Shown: positions 26,782 through 26,939 of the stretch, piece by piece
Position numbering within the stretch: the stretch's first letter is position 1
How the letters are laid out: each line of letters opens with the position of its first letter
Origin: Ignavibacteriaceae bacterium
GTDB lineage: Bacteria > Bacteroidota > Ignavibacteria > Ignavibacteriales > Ignavibacteriaceae
DNA: 26,939 bases
Direction: 5' to 3'
NCBI GenBank assembly: GCA_036379435.1
Contig: DASVGS010000024.1
Coordinates: 1-26,939 of the forward strand
Made by a program: the position numbers and the translations under genes
Notes under the pieces: generated by a model
Seen by the model: the letters and a program-made list of their open reading frames with translations, nothing else
The model's database searches: none
What the model was told of the DNA's origin: nothing

Positions 26782-26806
26782 AACAAAAAACGCCCTCAAC
26801 GGGGCG
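26782..26806 (-). terminator. rimP-leader intrinsic terminator/attenuator
   Basis: CGCCC-CGTTGA-GGGCG followed by TTTTTTGTT, ending 3 nt before the rimP ATG. Confidence 0.75.
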
Positions 26807-26817
26807 AATCACAAAGC

Positions 26818-26848
26818 CAAAAATAGGATTAATTATGGTGACAAACAA
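26818..26848 (-). promoter_or_regulatory. Candidate promoter of the rimP-nusA-infB operon
   Basis: TTGTTT (26848-26843)-N17-TATTTT. The -10 extends to TATTTTTG (26825-26818), matching the Bacteroidota TAnnTTTG element. Confidence 0.5.
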
Positions 26849-26939
26849 GAAATGAATAAAGCCGTTTTTCTATCAAAAATTATCTAAATGAGCTTTTTTA
26901 ATCTTATCTGATACTCAAAAACTCACCAAAGCAGAATTA

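Noticed and set aside
698-26887. Plus-strand ORFs in the track (e.g. 1107-1529, 4697-5266, 10922-11227, 24067-24486, 26357-26887)
   Set aside because: They lie antisense to well-supported genes, are rich in Ser/Phe/Leu/Ile as expected for shadows of Lys/Glu-rich coding strands, and show no recognisable motifs.

Overview
AT-rich window (roughly one-third G+C by eye, not computed) of core chromosome. Protein similarity, gene order and signal-peptide style suggest an Ignavibacteria-like (FCB group) bacterium; this is an inference, and no database search was run. All 25 supported genes lie on the minus strand. In transcription order they are rimP-nusA-infB-rbfA-truB-ribF-rpsO-pnp, then RNase E/G (rng)-tal-gcvT-comB-like phosphatase-ftsK-lolA-UPF0104/YbhN-like membrane protein-outer-membrane beta-barrel-uppP-cyclophilin-holA, then an ECF sigma/putative anti-sigma pair, type B L31 (rpmE2), and an RND adaptor plus permease. 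I found no tRNA, rRNA, CRISPR array, transposase, phage or defence genes, and no clearly new multi-gene system. The best leads are small non-coding elements: an inverted REP-like doublet with compensatory stem changes after pnp, a double-palindrome over a candidate leaderless holA promoter, two SigW-like boxes before the ECF sigma gene, an rpsO leader hairpin carrying the G.U/G-C S15-recognition motif, a rimP-leader terminator and a long hairpin-rich rng leader. A possible dual-start cyclophilin and an uncharacterised envelope gene block are also of interest.
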